25,343 bases of DNA from a virus. Lineage: Duplodnaviria > Caudoviricetes. Position numbers and translations under genes: made by a program. The stretch is from IMG/VR virus record IMGVR_UViG_3300025015_000105, positions 1 to 25,343 of that record, one strand, 5' to 3'. Below are positions 25,060 to 25,343 of this stretch, piece by piece (positions within the stretch are counted from its first letter, which is position 1; each line of letters begins with the position of its first letter). Under the pieces are notes generated by a model. It worked only from the letters and a program-made list of their open reading frames with translations, did no database searches and was not told the DNA's origin.

Positions 25060-25102
25060 ATACCTAACACTTCTATGTATCATACCTAACACTTCTATGT
25101 AT
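25060..25102 (+). repeat. 21-bp tandem duplication
   Basis: ATACCTAACACTTCTATGTAT at 25060 and 25082. Confidence 0.9.
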
Positions 25103-25343
25103 GATTCATAAATTTTCTATTACTAAATTTTCTATTTTTTCTATTATCTATATTTCCTATCATCTTCTTTTCTTTATTCTTTATTTATGTATAAATAATT
25201 CTTAAAACAATATTTAAAATTCTTTTGTATCCTCTTATTATTACTATACTTACCTTATTAAAAAAATGTTCGAACAAATTTTAAAAAAAATTATTCAATA
25301 AAAAAAATCTACTGAACAAAACAAAAATCTTATTTGGAAAAAA

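Noticed and set aside
1-25343. Stop-codon reassignment (alternative genetic code)
   Set aside because: Long genes read intact in code 11, and TAA, TAG and TGA all end genes at sensible, often coupled, positions; the single in-frame TAA at 22517 is isolated.
17402-25343. tRNA or other known structured RNA genes in the intergenic gaps
   Set aside because: No cloverleaf or T-loop GTTCRA within a plausible stem was seen by eye; a tRNAscan-SE/Infernal run would be needed to exclude them.

Overview
Very AT-rich (roughly 25% GC by eye) segment of a large tailed dsDNA phage (Caudoviricetes-like). The left part is a virion and packaging module: C-terminal end of a tape-measure-like gene, a tail-tube-like gene, a portal protein with an unusual N-terminal helix-turn-helix (HTH), HNH and ERCC4 nucleases, two YopX genes, the large terminase, a possible small terminase and a phage sigma factor. 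The middle (12.4-17.4 kb) is a leftward operon of small accessory genes (cupin, SLOG/YspA, DHFR, Zn-finger proteins). A non-coding hinge at 17.4-18.2 kb holds spaced ATAGATTTTAG repeats, a sigma54-type site, palindromes and a terminator. It is followed by a GC-richer orphan parB-like gene with an (AEAAK)n repeat, then an early-type region of small genes behind near-identical TTGACT-N17-TAnnAT promoters. The most striking unexplained signal is the non-palindromic hexamer GGGCGG/CCGCCC: 41 copies by manual count against well under 1 expected from base composition, in all codon phases, on both strands and in intergenic DNA. All counts and protein assignments were made by eye; no searches were run.
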